Source of the DNA: an uncultured Gammaproteobacteria bacterium
Lineage (GTDB): Bacteria; Pseudomonadota; Gammaproteobacteria; Steroidobacterales; BM003
NCBI GenBank assembly: GCA_963783695.1
Contig: CAWAOM010000006.1
Span: 324,715 to 388,714 of the forward strand
Length of the DNA stretch: 64,000 bases
Direction: 5' to 3'
Shown here: positions 1-8,926 of the stretch, piece after piece
How the letters are laid out: every line of letters begins with the position of its first letter
Position numbering within the stretch: the stretch's first letter is position 1
Position numbers and translations under genes: made by a program
The notes under the pieces: model-generated
Told to the model about the DNA's origin: nothing
The model's database searches: none
The model's input: only the letters and a program-made list of their open reading frames with translations

Positions 1-155
1 TCGACCTGCTGCGCCGTCCATCCCTGGCGTGGCGCACGGCGCCGTCCAAGCCACCATGCGGCGACGAAGCCTAGCAGATACATCAGCCCGTACCAGCGCA
101 CTTTCAGTGGTCCCAGCGCGACGGCAACCGGGTCGATCTCGGGATATTTCAGCAT
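1..155 (-). CDS. lgt: Prolipoprotein diacylglyceryl transferase, N-terminal fragment (gene runs off the left edge)
   Basis: Minus-strand translation from ATG at 155-153 reads [40 protein letters not shown], matching the conserved Lgt N-terminus (PxIDPV..GP...WYGLMYL.GF). Absent from the ORF track because it is truncated by the window edge. Confidence 0.8.
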   Translation of the reverse strand, partial: MLKYPEIDPVAVALGPLKVRWYGLMYLLGFVAAWWLGRRRAPRQGWTAQQV

Positions 156-187
156 GGCGCGCTAGTTTATCATCGCCGCGACCGCCG

Positions 188-1402
188 TCATGGCTGCGTC
201 ACGCGGCAAAACAGCGACTTCAGGTAGCGGGTCTCCGGGATCGCCGGGTGCACGGGGTGATCCGGCGCCTGAGATCCAAACGCGAATACCTGGATGTTGC
301 GATCGAGATGGCGCCCGGCATCGCGCAACACACCCAGCAGCTCATGCTCGGAAAAATGATACGAACAGGAGCAACTCACCAGAACACCGTCACGCGCCAG
401 CAGGCGCATTGCAAGCTCATTGAGCTTGCGATATCCGGCCCGACCCTTGCCGAGGTCTTTCTTGCGCTTGACGAACGCGGGTGGGTCGATCACGACCACG
501 TCATAACGGCGGCGCTCCTCGGCAAGCTGACGCAGCGCGGAGAACGCATCGGCCTTTCGCACTTCCAGGTCGAGGCCATTGGCGGTGCCATTGCGCTGGC
601 AATAATCAAGCGCGCGCGCAGAATCGTCGACACAGCAAATCTCTGTCGCACCACCGGCTCCGGCCTGTACCGCCCAGCCGCCGACATAGCTGCACACATC
701 GAGTACCGCGCGGTTGGCCGTCAAACCTCGCAGGCGCTGGCGGTTCTCGCTCTGATCATAAAACCAACCGGTTTTCTGACCGCTGAAAACGGGAACGGTA
801 AAGCGGCATCCCCCTTCCTCGATTTCGAGCTCGTCCGGCACTTCCCCCAGCGCCACCTTCACCTCGCGCGGCAGCCCTTCAAGCTCGCGGCCCGCGACAT
901 CATTGCGCAACAGTATCCCGCTCGGCCGCAGCTCCTGCTCCAGCGCTCCGAGGATCTCACTGGCGCAGCGGTCGATACCCGCTGTGTGCATCTGTACGAC
1001 CAGGTAATCGCCATATCGGTCGACGATCAGACCGGGAAGACCGTCGGACTCGCCATGGACCACGCGGTAGAATGGCGCTGCAAACAGCCGCTTGCGCAGC
1101 TCCAGCGCGGCGCGAATCCGCGTCGCGAAAAGCCCGGGACCCGGCTCCGTCTCCTTACGCCGCGACAAAATCCGCGCACAGATCAGGGTAGACGGATTGG
1201 CATAAGCGTAGGCAAGGAAGCGGCCGTCCGCTGTCGTCAACGCCACCACGGCGCCCGGCTCGAGACCCTGCAAGGGTGTCGCCTTGGTATCGATCTCGTT
1301 GCTGAACACCCACAGGTGGCCGGCTTTCAGCCGCTTCTCCTCGCGCCGCTTCAGGCGCAGTTGCGGAAACCGGCTCGTGTTGTCAGTTGTTGGCTCGCTC
1401 AT
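188..1402 (-). CDS. rlmI: 23S rRNA m5C1962 methyltransferase RlmI-like (PUA + class I SAM methyltransferase)
   Basis: ORF 188..1483. N-terminal PUA-like LRLKRREEKRLKAGHLWVFSNEI, SAM-MTase core VLDVCSYVGGW and VVIDPPAF. Start moved to the internal ATG at 1402 (MSEPTTDN); the upstream extension has no homologous content. Confidence 0.85.
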   Translation of the reverse strand: MSEPTTDNTSRFPQLRLKRREEKRLKAGHLWVFSNEIDTKATPLQGLEPGAVVALTTADGRFLAYAYANPSTLICARILSRRKETEPGPGLFATRIRAALELRKRLFAAPFYRVVHGESDGLPGLIVDRYGDYLVVQMHTAGIDRCASEILGALEQELRPSGILLRNDVAGRELEGLPREVKVALGEVPDELEIEEGGCRFTVPVFSGQKTGWFYDQSENRQRLRGLTANRAVLDVCSYVGGWAVQAGAGGATEICCVDDSARALDYCQRNGTANGLDLEVRKADAFSALRQLAEERRRYDVVVIDPPAFVKRKKDLGKGRAGYRKLNELAMRLLARDGVLVSCSCSYHFSEHELLGVLRDAGRHLDRNIQVFAFGSQAPDHPVHPAIPETRYLKSLFCRVTQP

Positions 1403-1490
1403 CTTCTTTTCACCACGGCGGCATCGCACCGGCTTCGGTATAGTGAGGCCATTGTAATCGTCAGCGCAGCCGGGCAAGGACATTTTTCGT

Positions 1491-3566
1491 ATGGAAACGC
1501 CGCTGTCACAAAATCGTCTGGGCGAGGAGACGAGCCCTTATCTCCGGCAGCATGCGGACAACCCCGTGCACTGGCTGGCCTGGAACGAGAAAACCCTCGA
1601 GCTCGCCCGTGCGGCGGACAAGCCGATTCTGCTGTCGATCGGTTACTCCGCATGCCACTGGTGCCATGTCATGGCCCATGAGTCATTTGCAGACGCCGCA
1701 ACCGCTGCACTGATGAATGAGCTGTTTATCAATATCAAGGTCGATCGCGAGGAAAGACCCGATCTCGACAAGATTTATCAAACCGCGCACCAGTTTCTCG
1801 CGCAAAGAACAGGGGGCTGGCCGCTGACGATGTTCCTGACACCGGACGACCAGACACCGTTTTTTGGCGGCACCTACTTTCCGCCGCAACCGCGCCATGG
1901 TCTCCCCGGTTTTGCCGATGTGCTGCGGCGGGTGGCCCAGTACTACAGCGAGCACCATGATGAGATTGAGCGTCAGGCCAGTGCCATTCGCGCAACCTAC
2001 GACAAACTGGTGCCGCCACCGGCGGCGGAAGGACTGGAACTCGACGCCTCGGTACTCACCAAGGCAAGGGTAGCGCTGGAACGCGATTTCGACCGCACCA
2101 ACGGCGGCTTTGGCGACGCACCCAAATTCCCCCACCCAACCAGTATCGAGAGATTGCTGCGCCATTGGCGCGCCAGCGCCGCCGGCGACGAGCCCGATGT
2201 CCACGCTTTATTCATGGCAACGTACACCTTGCAGAGCATGGCAAAAGGCGGCCTGTACGATCAGCTTGGCGGTGGCTTTTGCCGTTATTCCGTGGACCGC
2301 CGCTGGATGATCCCGCATTTCGAGAAAATGCTGTATGACAACGGACCGCTACTCGCATTGTATGCACAGGCATGGCGCGCCAGCGGCGACGAGTTCTACA
2401 GGGACATTGCGCTCACAACTGCCGCCTGGGTCATGACGGAAATGCAGGCCGGGCATGGTGGTTTCTATGCAACCCTCGATGCCGATTCCGAAGGTGAGGA
2501 AGGAAAATTTTACGTCTGGCGCAAGGAGGAAGTAGAGGCCCTGCTGGATGCCGGCGAATACCCCCTGTTTGCGGCCCGTTTCGGTCTCAATGCGGCGCCC
2601 AACTTCGAAGGGGCCTGGCACCTTCACCAGGCCGTGGACACGGACGAACTGGCAAGGGTCAATGACATGACTCCGCGCCACGTGGAGCAGCTTTTGCAGG
2701 CCGCTCGCCAGCGTCTGCTGAGAGCTCGGGCGCAACGCATTCGCCCGGCCCGGGACGAAAAAATCCTGACTGGCTGGAACGGGCTGATGATACGCGGCAT
2801 GGCCATTGCCGCACGTGCTCTCGAGCGTCCCGAACTCGCCGAATCGGCGCGCCGGGCAACGGATTTCCTGCGCGGGAAGCTGTGGCGCGATGGCCGCTTG
2901 CTGGCCGTACACAAAGATGGGCGGTCCCGCTTCCCGGCCTACCTGGACGACTACGCCTACCTGGCTGACGGTTTGCTCGAACTGTTGCAAACCGAATGGC
3001 GCAGCGAAGACCTCGCATGGGCATGCGAACTCGCCGACTGCCTGCTTGAACACTTCGAGGACAAACTCAATGGCGGTTTCTACTTTACTGCTGACGATCA
3101 CGAGAAACTGGTGCATCGACCCAAGAGTTTCAGCGACGACGCCACACCGGCCGGGGCCGGCATAGCGGCACGCGTTCTGGTGCGCCTCGGTCATCTGCTC
3201 GCCCGCAATGACTACCTTGTCGCGGCCGAGCGCACATTGCGCGCGGCATGGGCCGCTCTCGATCGCTTCCCGCACGCCCACTGCGCTCTGCTCAATGCGC
3301 TGGAGGAACTACTGCAACCGGGCGAAACAGTAATCCTGCGCGGCGATCCGTTGCAGCTATCTGACTGGCGCGCGGTTGCGGATATGCTCTACTCACCCCG
3401 GCGCATGGTGTTCTCGATTGCCGCCAACGCAGCCGGGCTGCCGGCCGCCCTTGCACAACGCGCGGCGCACGCGGAGCCGGTTGCTTACATTTGCCGCGGC
3501 AGTTATTGCTCGGCCGCGGTCACGCGACTGGAAGACCTGGCGGCACAGCTTGCCGATCCGGCATAA
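1491..3566 (+). CDS. Thioredoxin-domain protein of the YyaL/DUF255 family (N-terminal thioredoxin fold + six-hairpin glycosidase-like domain)
   Basis: 691 aa. SPYLRQHADNPVHWLAW...SIGYSACHWCHVM motif typical of DUF255/spermatogenesis-associated-20-like proteins. Confidence 0.85.
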   Translation: METPLSQNRLGEETSPYLRQHADNPVHWLAWNEKTLELARAADKPILLSIGYSACHWCHVMAHESFADAATAALMNELFINIKVDREERPDLDKIYQTAHQFLAQRTGGWPLTMFLTPDDQTPFFGGTYFPPQPRHGLPGFADVLRRVAQYYSEHHDEIERQASAIRATYDKLVPPPAAEGLELDASVLTKARVALERDFDRTNGGFGDAPKFPHPTSIERLLRHWRASAAGDEPDVHALFMATYTLQSMAKGGLYDQLGGGFCRYSVDRRWMIPHFEKMLYDNGPLLALYAQAWRASGDEFYRDIALTTAAWVMTEMQAGHGGFYATLDADSEGEEGKFYVWRKEEVEALLDAGEYPLFAARFGLNAAPNFEGAWHLHQAVDTDELARVNDMTPRHVEQLLQAARQRLLRARAQRIRPARDEKILTGWNGLMIRGMAIAARALERPELAESARRATDFLRGKLWRDGRLLAVHKDGRSRFPAYLDDYAYLADGLLELLQTEWRSEDLAWACELADCLLEHFEDKLNGGFYFTADDHEKLVHRPKSFSDDATPAGAGIAARVLVRLGHLLARNDYLVAAERTLRAAWAALDRFPHAHCALLNALEELLQPGETVILRGDPLQLSDWRAVADMLYSPRRMVFSIAANAAGLPAALAQRAAHAEPVAYICRGSYCSAAVTRLEDLAAQLADPA

Positions 3567-3578
3567 GCCGTCGCGCCA

Positions 3579-4133
3579 CTAGCCGGCGCCGGCCTCCGGC
3601 ATGGTTCGCTCGCGTTGAAAGTCGAGCAACAGACGGGTGATGACATCAAAGGCAAACGCGTACGCTCGCGGCGCCTGACTCTCACGCGGGCCGGCGATAT
3701 TTAGCACGCTTACACGATGCTCAGCGGCGAATGCAGCCACCAGCCCGGCGCTGCGCTCGCGCGAATACTGATCGCAGTCGATAAGCACATAAGGTCTGTC
3801 TGCCTTGCGACAGCAGGCCGCGGTCAGGTGACTGCCCCCGGTCAACAAACCAAAGTGCAATATCGCGGTGCCTTCAGTGTCGATCACATTGCGCAACGTC
3901 CGTCCGCTGTAGCCAGCCCCGGGCAAAGGCTGGAGCGGATAAATGGTCGGGATCACACCGTCTTCGGCCTTGCGTCCGTCCGGGCACCAGCCACCGCAGG
4001 CAAATCCGATCTTGAGTGCCGCATCCAGCGCTCCGCGATCTACACCGGTCTGCCCGCCACTGACGATTTTGGTTATCACATGCACGTAGCTTGAGTCGTC
4101 CTTTCGCACCTCGACTGCATCAGGATACAACAA
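3579..4133 (-). CDS. SLOG-superfamily protein, YpsA / putative molybdenum-carrier (MoCo_carrier) family
   Basis: KIVSGGQTGVDRGALDAALKIGFACGGWCPDGRKAEDG is the hallmark GGQTGVDR nucleotide-binding motif of this family. The start may lie downstream of 4133. Confidence 0.7.
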   Translation of the reverse strand: MLYPDAVEVRKDDSSYVHVITKIVSGGQTGVDRGALDAALKIGFACGGWCPDGRKAEDGVIPTIYPLQPLPGAGYSGRTLRNVIDTEGTAILHFGLLTGGSHLTAACCRKADRPYVLIDCDQYSRERSAGLVAAFAAEHRVSVLNIAGPRESQAPRAYAFAFDVITRLLLDFQRERTMPEAGAG

Positions 4134-4226
4134 CCTGCATCACTATCTCGATCCCCTGCCGCGCGTGCTTTATGAACTGGTCGCCAGCAAGCGGAACACG
4201 GCGGACGTTACTCGATCGCGCCAGTC

Positions 4227-4592
4227 TCAGTGGCGGTCCGGACCGCGATAGACGGCACCGGAGGTACAGGTCTCATGGATGACGACCTGCGACAGTCCTG
4301 GCAAGACATCGGCCAGGTGCTGCCAGATCCAGCGCGCGATATTCTCCGCGGTCGGATTCTCGAGACCGGAGACGTCATTGAGATAGTGATGATCAAGCTG
4401 TTCGAACACCGGCTGGAATGCGCTTTTGATATCGGCGAAATCGGTCACCCATCCGAGCTGCGGGTCCAACTCACCGCTGACGTGGATCTCCACGGCATAG
4501 GAATGACCATGCAGCCGGGCACACTTGTGGCCCTCCGGCACGTTCGGCAGTCGGTGCGCTGCCTCGATGTGAAATTTCTTGTAGATATCCAT
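4227..4592 (-). CDS. queD: 6-carboxy-5,6,7,8-tetrahydropterin synthase (6-pyruvoyl-tetrahydropterin synthase family)
   Basis: MDIYKKFHIEAAHRLPNVPEGHKCARLHGHSY...DHHYLND matches QueD/PTPS zinc-binding and catalytic motifs. Start set at the internal ATG 4592. Confidence 0.88.
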   Translation of the reverse strand: MDIYKKFHIEAAHRLPNVPEGHKCARLHGHSYAVEIHVSGELDPQLGWVTDFADIKSAFQPVFEQLDHHYLNDVSGLENPTAENIARWIWQHLADVLPGLSQVVIHETCTSGAVYRGPDRH

Positions 4593-4664
4593 GCATTCCA
4601 CCTGCGCGCGGCATTGTAGCACCGCGTCCCGATCGCGACCCGCCACCCGGGCAACCGCGCCCGG

Positions 4665-5318
4665 TCAAAGCAAATCAAGCAGCTGTGCCGGCTGGTCTAT
4701 CAGCCATCTCGCTCCGCTCCGACGCAGCTCGGATTCGGGGCGGAATCCCCATGTCACGCCGACGCCTTTCATCCCGGCCGCCCGCGCCGTCTCCATGTCG
4801 ATACCCGAGTCGCCAACAAACCTGACTGCCGCCGGTTCCAAACCCAGCTGCGCGGCAATTTGCAGCGCACCGTGCGGATCCGGCTTTGCCGGCAACGCCG
4901 CTCCGAGTCCGAGCACGACTTCGAAATGCCAGTCGGGAAGAAGATGAGCGACACACTTCCCGGCGAACTCATGCGGTTTGTTGGTCAGCACCGCCAACGC
5001 CACATCGCGCCGGCGAAGACTGTCGAGCAGCTCCGCGACCCCCGCGTACGGGCGGCTGTGCACATGCCAGCCGTCGGCATAGGCCAGACGGAAACGCTCG
5101 ACGGCCGCATCCACCAGGCGTCTGTCCGCCGCGGCAGCGGCCGGCAGCGCGCGTTCGAACAGCACATCGACCCCCGCGCCGATAAACGTCCTGTAAGCGG
5201 CGACCGGATGATCGTCGAAACCCAGCGAGCGCAGGGCGGCGTTGGCGCCCTCGGCGATATCCTCGAGCGTATCGAGCAGGGTTCCGTCCAGATCGAAAAT
5301 CACTGCCGTCGTTTGCAT
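4665..5318 (-). CDS. HAD-IA family hydrolase (phosphoglycolate phosphatase-like)
   Basis: DxDGT motif (VIFDLDGTLLDT), LTNK, and GDSGIDMETARAAGM motifs of HAD phosphatases. Confidence 0.8.
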   Translation of the reverse strand: MQTTAVIFDLDGTLLDTLEDIAEGANAALRSLGFDDHPVAAYRTFIGAGVDVLFERALPAAAAADRRLVDAAVERFRLAYADGWHVHSRPYAGVAELLDSLRRRDVALAVLTNKPHEFAGKCVAHLLPDWHFEVVLGLGAALPAKPDPHGALQIAAQLGLEPAAVRFVGDSGIDMETARAAGMKGVGVTWGFRPESELRRSGARWLIDQPAQLLDLL

Positions 5319-5414
5319 CGGGCTCCCTGCGGAAATCCGGGCTTGCGTGCCCAGCGGGCATGGTGTTAACTAACGCGCAGCCGCACAGCATAGCAATCAC
5401 GGTCACGCACCTAT

Positions 5415-5480
5415 ATGAGCGCCGCAATACTACAGGCAAATTGTTCCGCGAAGACACTTCGCCGACGCCGCAGGGAATAG
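5415..5480 (+). CDS. Candidate arg-operon leader peptide MSAAILQANCSAKTLRRRRRE (21 codons, five consecutive Arg codons before the stop)
   Basis: ATG 5415-5417, then codons CGC CGA CGC CGC AGG at 5460-5474, GAA, TAG 5478-5480. It lies 110 bp upstream of argF' and directly in front of alternative hairpins. No clear Shine-Dalgarno, so translation is inferred, not shown. Confidence 0.5.
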   Translation: MSAAILQANCSAKTLRRRRRE

Positions 5481-5485
5481 TCTGA

Positions 5486-5551
5486 GGCTGGGTCGCGTAC
5501 GGAACACCAGAGAAATATCCGACAACCCGGCCCGACAGGCTGGGTTTTTTT
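5486..5551 (+). promoter_or_regulatory. Candidate transcription attenuator: antiterminator (5486-5493 with 5525-5532) versus terminator (5524-5532 with 5538-5546 plus T7 run)
   Basis: The 8-mer GGCTGGGT occurs twice (5486-5493 and 5538-5545). Both copies are complementary (with one G-U pair) to ACCCGGCC at 5525-5532. The downstream pairing gives a 9-bp stem, a 5-nt loop, and TTTTTTT at 5545-5551, 40 bp before the argF' start. Confidence 0.55.
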
Positions 5552-5590
5552 ATTTCGCAATCATCAAACAAGGCAACGAGGTCGACAGGC

Positions 5591-6601
5591 GTGAGACATT
5601 TCCTTACTACCGAGGACTGGAGTCGCGACGAGCTGCAACGACTCCTCGACGATGCCGCCGCGCTCAAACGCGGGCAGGCGAGCAGTGCCCTCGCCGGCAA
5701 GACCATCGCGTTGATGTTCTTTAATCCCTCTCTGCGAACCCGATCATCTTTCGAAATCGGCGCGCGTCAGCTTGGCGGGCAGGCGATCGTCCTGGCACCC
5801 GGAAGGGACGCCTGGCCGCTGGAATTCGAAACCGGCGCGATCATGGATGGCGAGGCCGAAGAACACGTTCGCGAGGCAGCCCGAGTGCTGTCCCGTTACT
5901 GCGATTTGATTGCAATACGGGCATTTCCCAAATTTCAGGACTGGTCGGTCGACCGTGAAGACCGCCTGATCCGGGCCTTCGCCGAACACGCCGAGGTCCC
6001 GGTCATCAACATGGAGACGATTACGCATCCATGCCAGGAACTTGCCCTGATGCTTACGTTACAGGAACATCTTGGCTTCGCCGCGGGACGAAAATTCGTG
6101 CTCACCTGGACTTATCACCCGCGCCCGCTCAATACCGCGGTGGCCAATTCCGCGCTGCTGATCGCGAGTAAATTTGGCTACGACGTTACCCTGCTCTGCC
6201 CCGGCAACGATTATGTGCTCGATTCACGTTACATGAAAGCCGCCCAGGCCAACGCGGCCGCCGCGGGCGGCAGTGTTTCCTTGAGCCACGATATCGCGTC
6301 GGCTTACAGCGGCGCCGACTTCGTTTACGCCAAAAGCTGGGGCGCATTACCCTATTTTGGCCGCTGGGATGAGGAGCAACCGCTGCGCGACCGCAATCGC
6401 CACTTTATTGTCGATGAGCAAAAAATGGCGCTCACCAACAATGCCCGTTTCAGCCATTGCCTGCCGTGCCGGCGCAATGTGAAAGTTACCGATGCAGTCA
6501 TGGATGCCGACTATTGCACCGCAATCGATGAGGCTGAGAACAGGCTTCACGTGCAGAAGGCCCTGATGGCCAGGCTGATCGGCCAACCCCACTCGAAATA
6601 A
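5591..6601 (+). CDS. argF': N-acetylornithine carbamoyltransferase (AOTCase, ArgF')
   Basis: GTG start. [13 protein letters not shown]...[13 protein letters not shown]...[15 protein letters not shown]...AIRAFPKF...[15 protein letters not shown] closely parallels the Xanthomonas AOTCase rather than classical OTCase. Confidence 0.88.
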   Translation: MRHFLTTEDWSRDELQRLLDDAAALKRGQASSALAGKTIALMFFNPSLRTRSSFEIGARQLGGQAIVLAPGRDAWPLEFETGAIMDGEAEEHVREAARVLSRYCDLIAIRAFPKFQDWSVDREDRLIRAFAEHAEVPVINMETITHPCQELALMLTLQEHLGFAAGRKFVLTWTYHPRPLNTAVANSALLIASKFGYDVTLLCPGNDYVLDSRYMKAAQANAAAAGGSVSLSHDIASAYSGADFVYAKSWGALPYFGRWDEEQPLRDRNRHFIVDEQKMALTNNARFSHCLPCRRNVKVTDAVMDADYCTAIDEAENRLHVQKALMARLIGQPHSK

Positions 6602-6620
6602 CAGGACGAAGGTAACGAAC

Positions 6621-7838
6621 ATGAGCAACAAGCAGGTCGTGCTCGCATTCTCCGGCGGTCTGGACACCAGCTTCTGCGTGCCGTGGCTGACTGAACAGGG
6701 TTATGAAGTGACGACGTTGTTTGTCGATACCGGCGGCGTCACGGCCGATGAACGCGCCTACATAGCCGCTCGCGCCGACGAACTCGGCGCCACTCGTCAC
6801 GAGGTAGTCGATGCCGGCGCCGAGGTATGGGAAGAGGTGGTGCTGCCGATGCTATGGGGTGGCTGTTTTTATCAGTTCCAGTACCCGCTGCTGTGCTCGG
6901 ATCGCTATGTGATCGTAAAAAAAGCACTGCAGCTATGCGATCAACTCGGCACACGTCACTTCGCTCATGGCTGCACCGGGATGGGTAACGACCAGGTGCG
7001 CTTCGATCTGACCGTGCGCGGACTCGGCAATTACAACATCATTGCCCCGATCCGCGAGATCCAGCAACTGCAAACCAATGTTCGTGACTATGAGCAGTCA
7101 TATCTCGAACAACACGGCTATTCCGTGCGCGCCAAAACATCGACCTACACGATGAACGAAAACCTGCTGGGTGTAACAATCTCGGGTTCGGAAGTCGATC
7201 GCTGGGAAACACCGGGATCCGCAACGTGGCAACTGACAAGACCGGCGGTGCAATGGCCCGGCGAGGCGCTGCAGGTACGGATTGGCTTCAAACAGGGCGT
7301 ACCGGTTTCAGTGGACGGAGAAGAGCTCGACGGGCCGCGGATACTCGGCATGCTGAATCAGCGCTTCGGCGCATACGGCGTTGGCCGCGGCATGTACACT
7401 GGCGATACCGTCATCGGCCTGAAGGGCCGGATTGTCTACGAAGCCCCGGCGCTCACCGCGTTGCAGGCCGCTCACCGGGCGCTCGAGGAAGCGGTATCGA
7501 CCCGCCATCAGAACGCATTCAAACCTGTCGCCGCGATGAAATGGGTGGAGTTGCTGTACCAGGGGTTCTTCTACGAACCACTCAAGACCGATCTGGAGGC
7601 GTACCTGCAGTCGTCGCAACGCGTCGTCAACGGCGAAGTGACGTTGCAGACAAGCGGAGGCAGCGTGGATGCCGTGGCTATCGATTCGCCGCATATTCTG
7701 CGCTCTGCCGGCGCCACCTACGCACAGTCCGCCGACTGGTCGGTGACCGAGGCGGAGGGCTTTATCAAGCTTTACGGCCAAAGCTCATCGTTATGGACAG
7801 CGGTGAACCAGAAATCCGCGGCCGCTCCAGCCGAATGA
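6621..7838 (+). CDS. argG: Argininosuccinate synthase
   Basis: [15 protein letters not shown]-pyrophosphatase motif, 405 aa type-I ArgG. Confidence 0.95.
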   Translation: MSNKQVVLAFSGGLDTSFCVPWLTEQGYEVTTLFVDTGGVTADERAYIAARADELGATRHEVVDAGAEVWEEVVLPMLWGGCFYQFQYPLLCSDRYVIVKKALQLCDQLGTRHFAHGCTGMGNDQVRFDLTVRGLGNYNIIAPIREIQQLQTNVRDYEQSYLEQHGYSVRAKTSTYTMNENLLGVTISGSEVDRWETPGSATWQLTRPAVQWPGEALQVRIGFKQGVPVSVDGEELDGPRILGMLNQRFGAYGVGRGMYTGDTVIGLKGRIVYEAPALTALQAAHRALEEAVSTRHQNAFKPVAAMKWVELLYQGFFYEPLKTDLEAYLQSSQRVVNGEVTLQTSGGSVDAVAIDSPHILRSAGATYAQSADWSVTEAEGFIKLYGQSSSLWTAVNQKSAAAPAE

Positions 7839-8926
7839 GCACGGTTCAACGCCAGACCATCGCCCACCTCGAGGCGCTCGTCGGATTCGACACGCGCAAC
7901 CCGCCACGCGCCATCGCCGAAGACGGGCTGTTCGCCTACCTGCGCGAGAACCTGAGTGGCTTCGCTTTTCACAGCGCGAATCACGGTGACGGATGCATCA
8001 GCCTGCTCGCCGTGCGCGGCTCACCCGACATCGTATTCAACTTTCATGTCGATACGGTGCCGGCCGCCGACGGCTGGCGCGACGACCCGTTGGCGCTGCG
8101 GGTAACCGCCGGGCGCGCCTATGGCCTGGGTGCCTGTGATATCAAGGGTGCCGCGGCCTGCATGCTCACTGCGGCGGCGCTGGCGGACGGTCCGCTGGCC
8201 TTGTTGTTTACCTCGGACGAGGAAGCGGGAAACAGCCGCTGTGTGCGCCGCTTTCTAGCCACCAGCCACGGCTTCAGCAACGCCATTGTCGCCGAACCAA
8301 CCGGTGCCAAAGCGGTACTCGCGCATCGCGGCATCGCCACCGCGACGATTGCCTTCAACGGCATCGCGGGACATGCTTCGGCCGCCCGCGCGCTGGAGGA
8401 CAATGCCATCCACCGGGCGCTTCACTGGGGAACCCGTGCGCTCGAATTCGCGCAGCAGAGACAGCACACGGAGTACGCGGGCCTCAACGGTATCCGCCTC
8501 AACATCGGTACCATCAGCGGCGGAGTAAAACCCAACGTGATAGCGGCCGAGGCTTCGCTGCGATTCGGCATCAGGCCCTTACCGGACCAGGATGGGCGGC
8601 GCTTGCTCGAACAATTGCGGCGGCTCGCCCCGGATACGCATGTCAGCGAGTGGCACGAGGGCTTTGTCGGCCCCGCCCTGCCGGGGCCTGGCGCCGAGCG
8701 CGAGGCAGCGGCAAGCCAGTTTGCGCAGCGTTGCGCCCTGCCGCCCGCCGCTGCGGTGAACTTCTGGACGGAAGCATCGCTGTTTTCCGCCGCAGGGATT
8801 CCCGCGCTGGTGTTCGGCCCGGGCGATATCGAACAGGCACACTGCGCGAACGAATGGGTCGCGCTCGAGCAACTCGACGCGGTTTCACGGCATTACATCA
8901 GGCTAATTGATCATGACAACGGATAA
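7835..8926 (+). CDS. argE: Acetylornithine/acetylcitrulline deacetylase (M20 peptidase family)
   Basis: Homologous part starts at [27 protein letters not shown] 7835 overlaps the argG stop (ATGA). HVDTVP, GACDIKG and SDEEAG motifs. The ORF-track start at 7226 is a spurious extension inside argG. Confidence 0.85.
   Translation: MSTVQRQTIAHLEALVGFDTRNPPRAIAEDGLFAYLRENLSGFAFHSANHGDGCISLLAVRGSPDIVFNFHVDTVPAADGWRDDPLALRVTAGRAYGLGACDIKGAAACMLTAAALADGPLALLFTSDEEAGNSRCVRRFLATSHGFSNAIVAEPTGAKAVLAHRGIATATIAFNGIAGHASAARALEDNAIHRALHWGTRALEFAQQRQHTEYAGLNGIRLNIGTISGGVKPNVIAAEASLRFGIRPLPDQDGRRLLEQLRRLAPDTHVSEWHEGFVGPALPGPGAEREAAASQFAQRCALPPAAAVNFWTEASLFSAAGIPALVFGPGDIEQAHCANEWVALEQLDAVSRHYIRLIDHDNG

Noticed and set aside
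29-1681. 550-aa ORF on the plus strand
   Set aside because: It runs antisense to the well-supported rlmI gene. Its sequence is Arg/Ala/Pro-rich and low in complexity, typical of shadow ORFs in high-GC DNA. It has no recognisable motifs.
7226-7834. N-terminal extension of the argE ORF
   Set aside because: It lies inside argG in another frame. ArgE homology starts at ATG 7835, which overlaps the argG stop.
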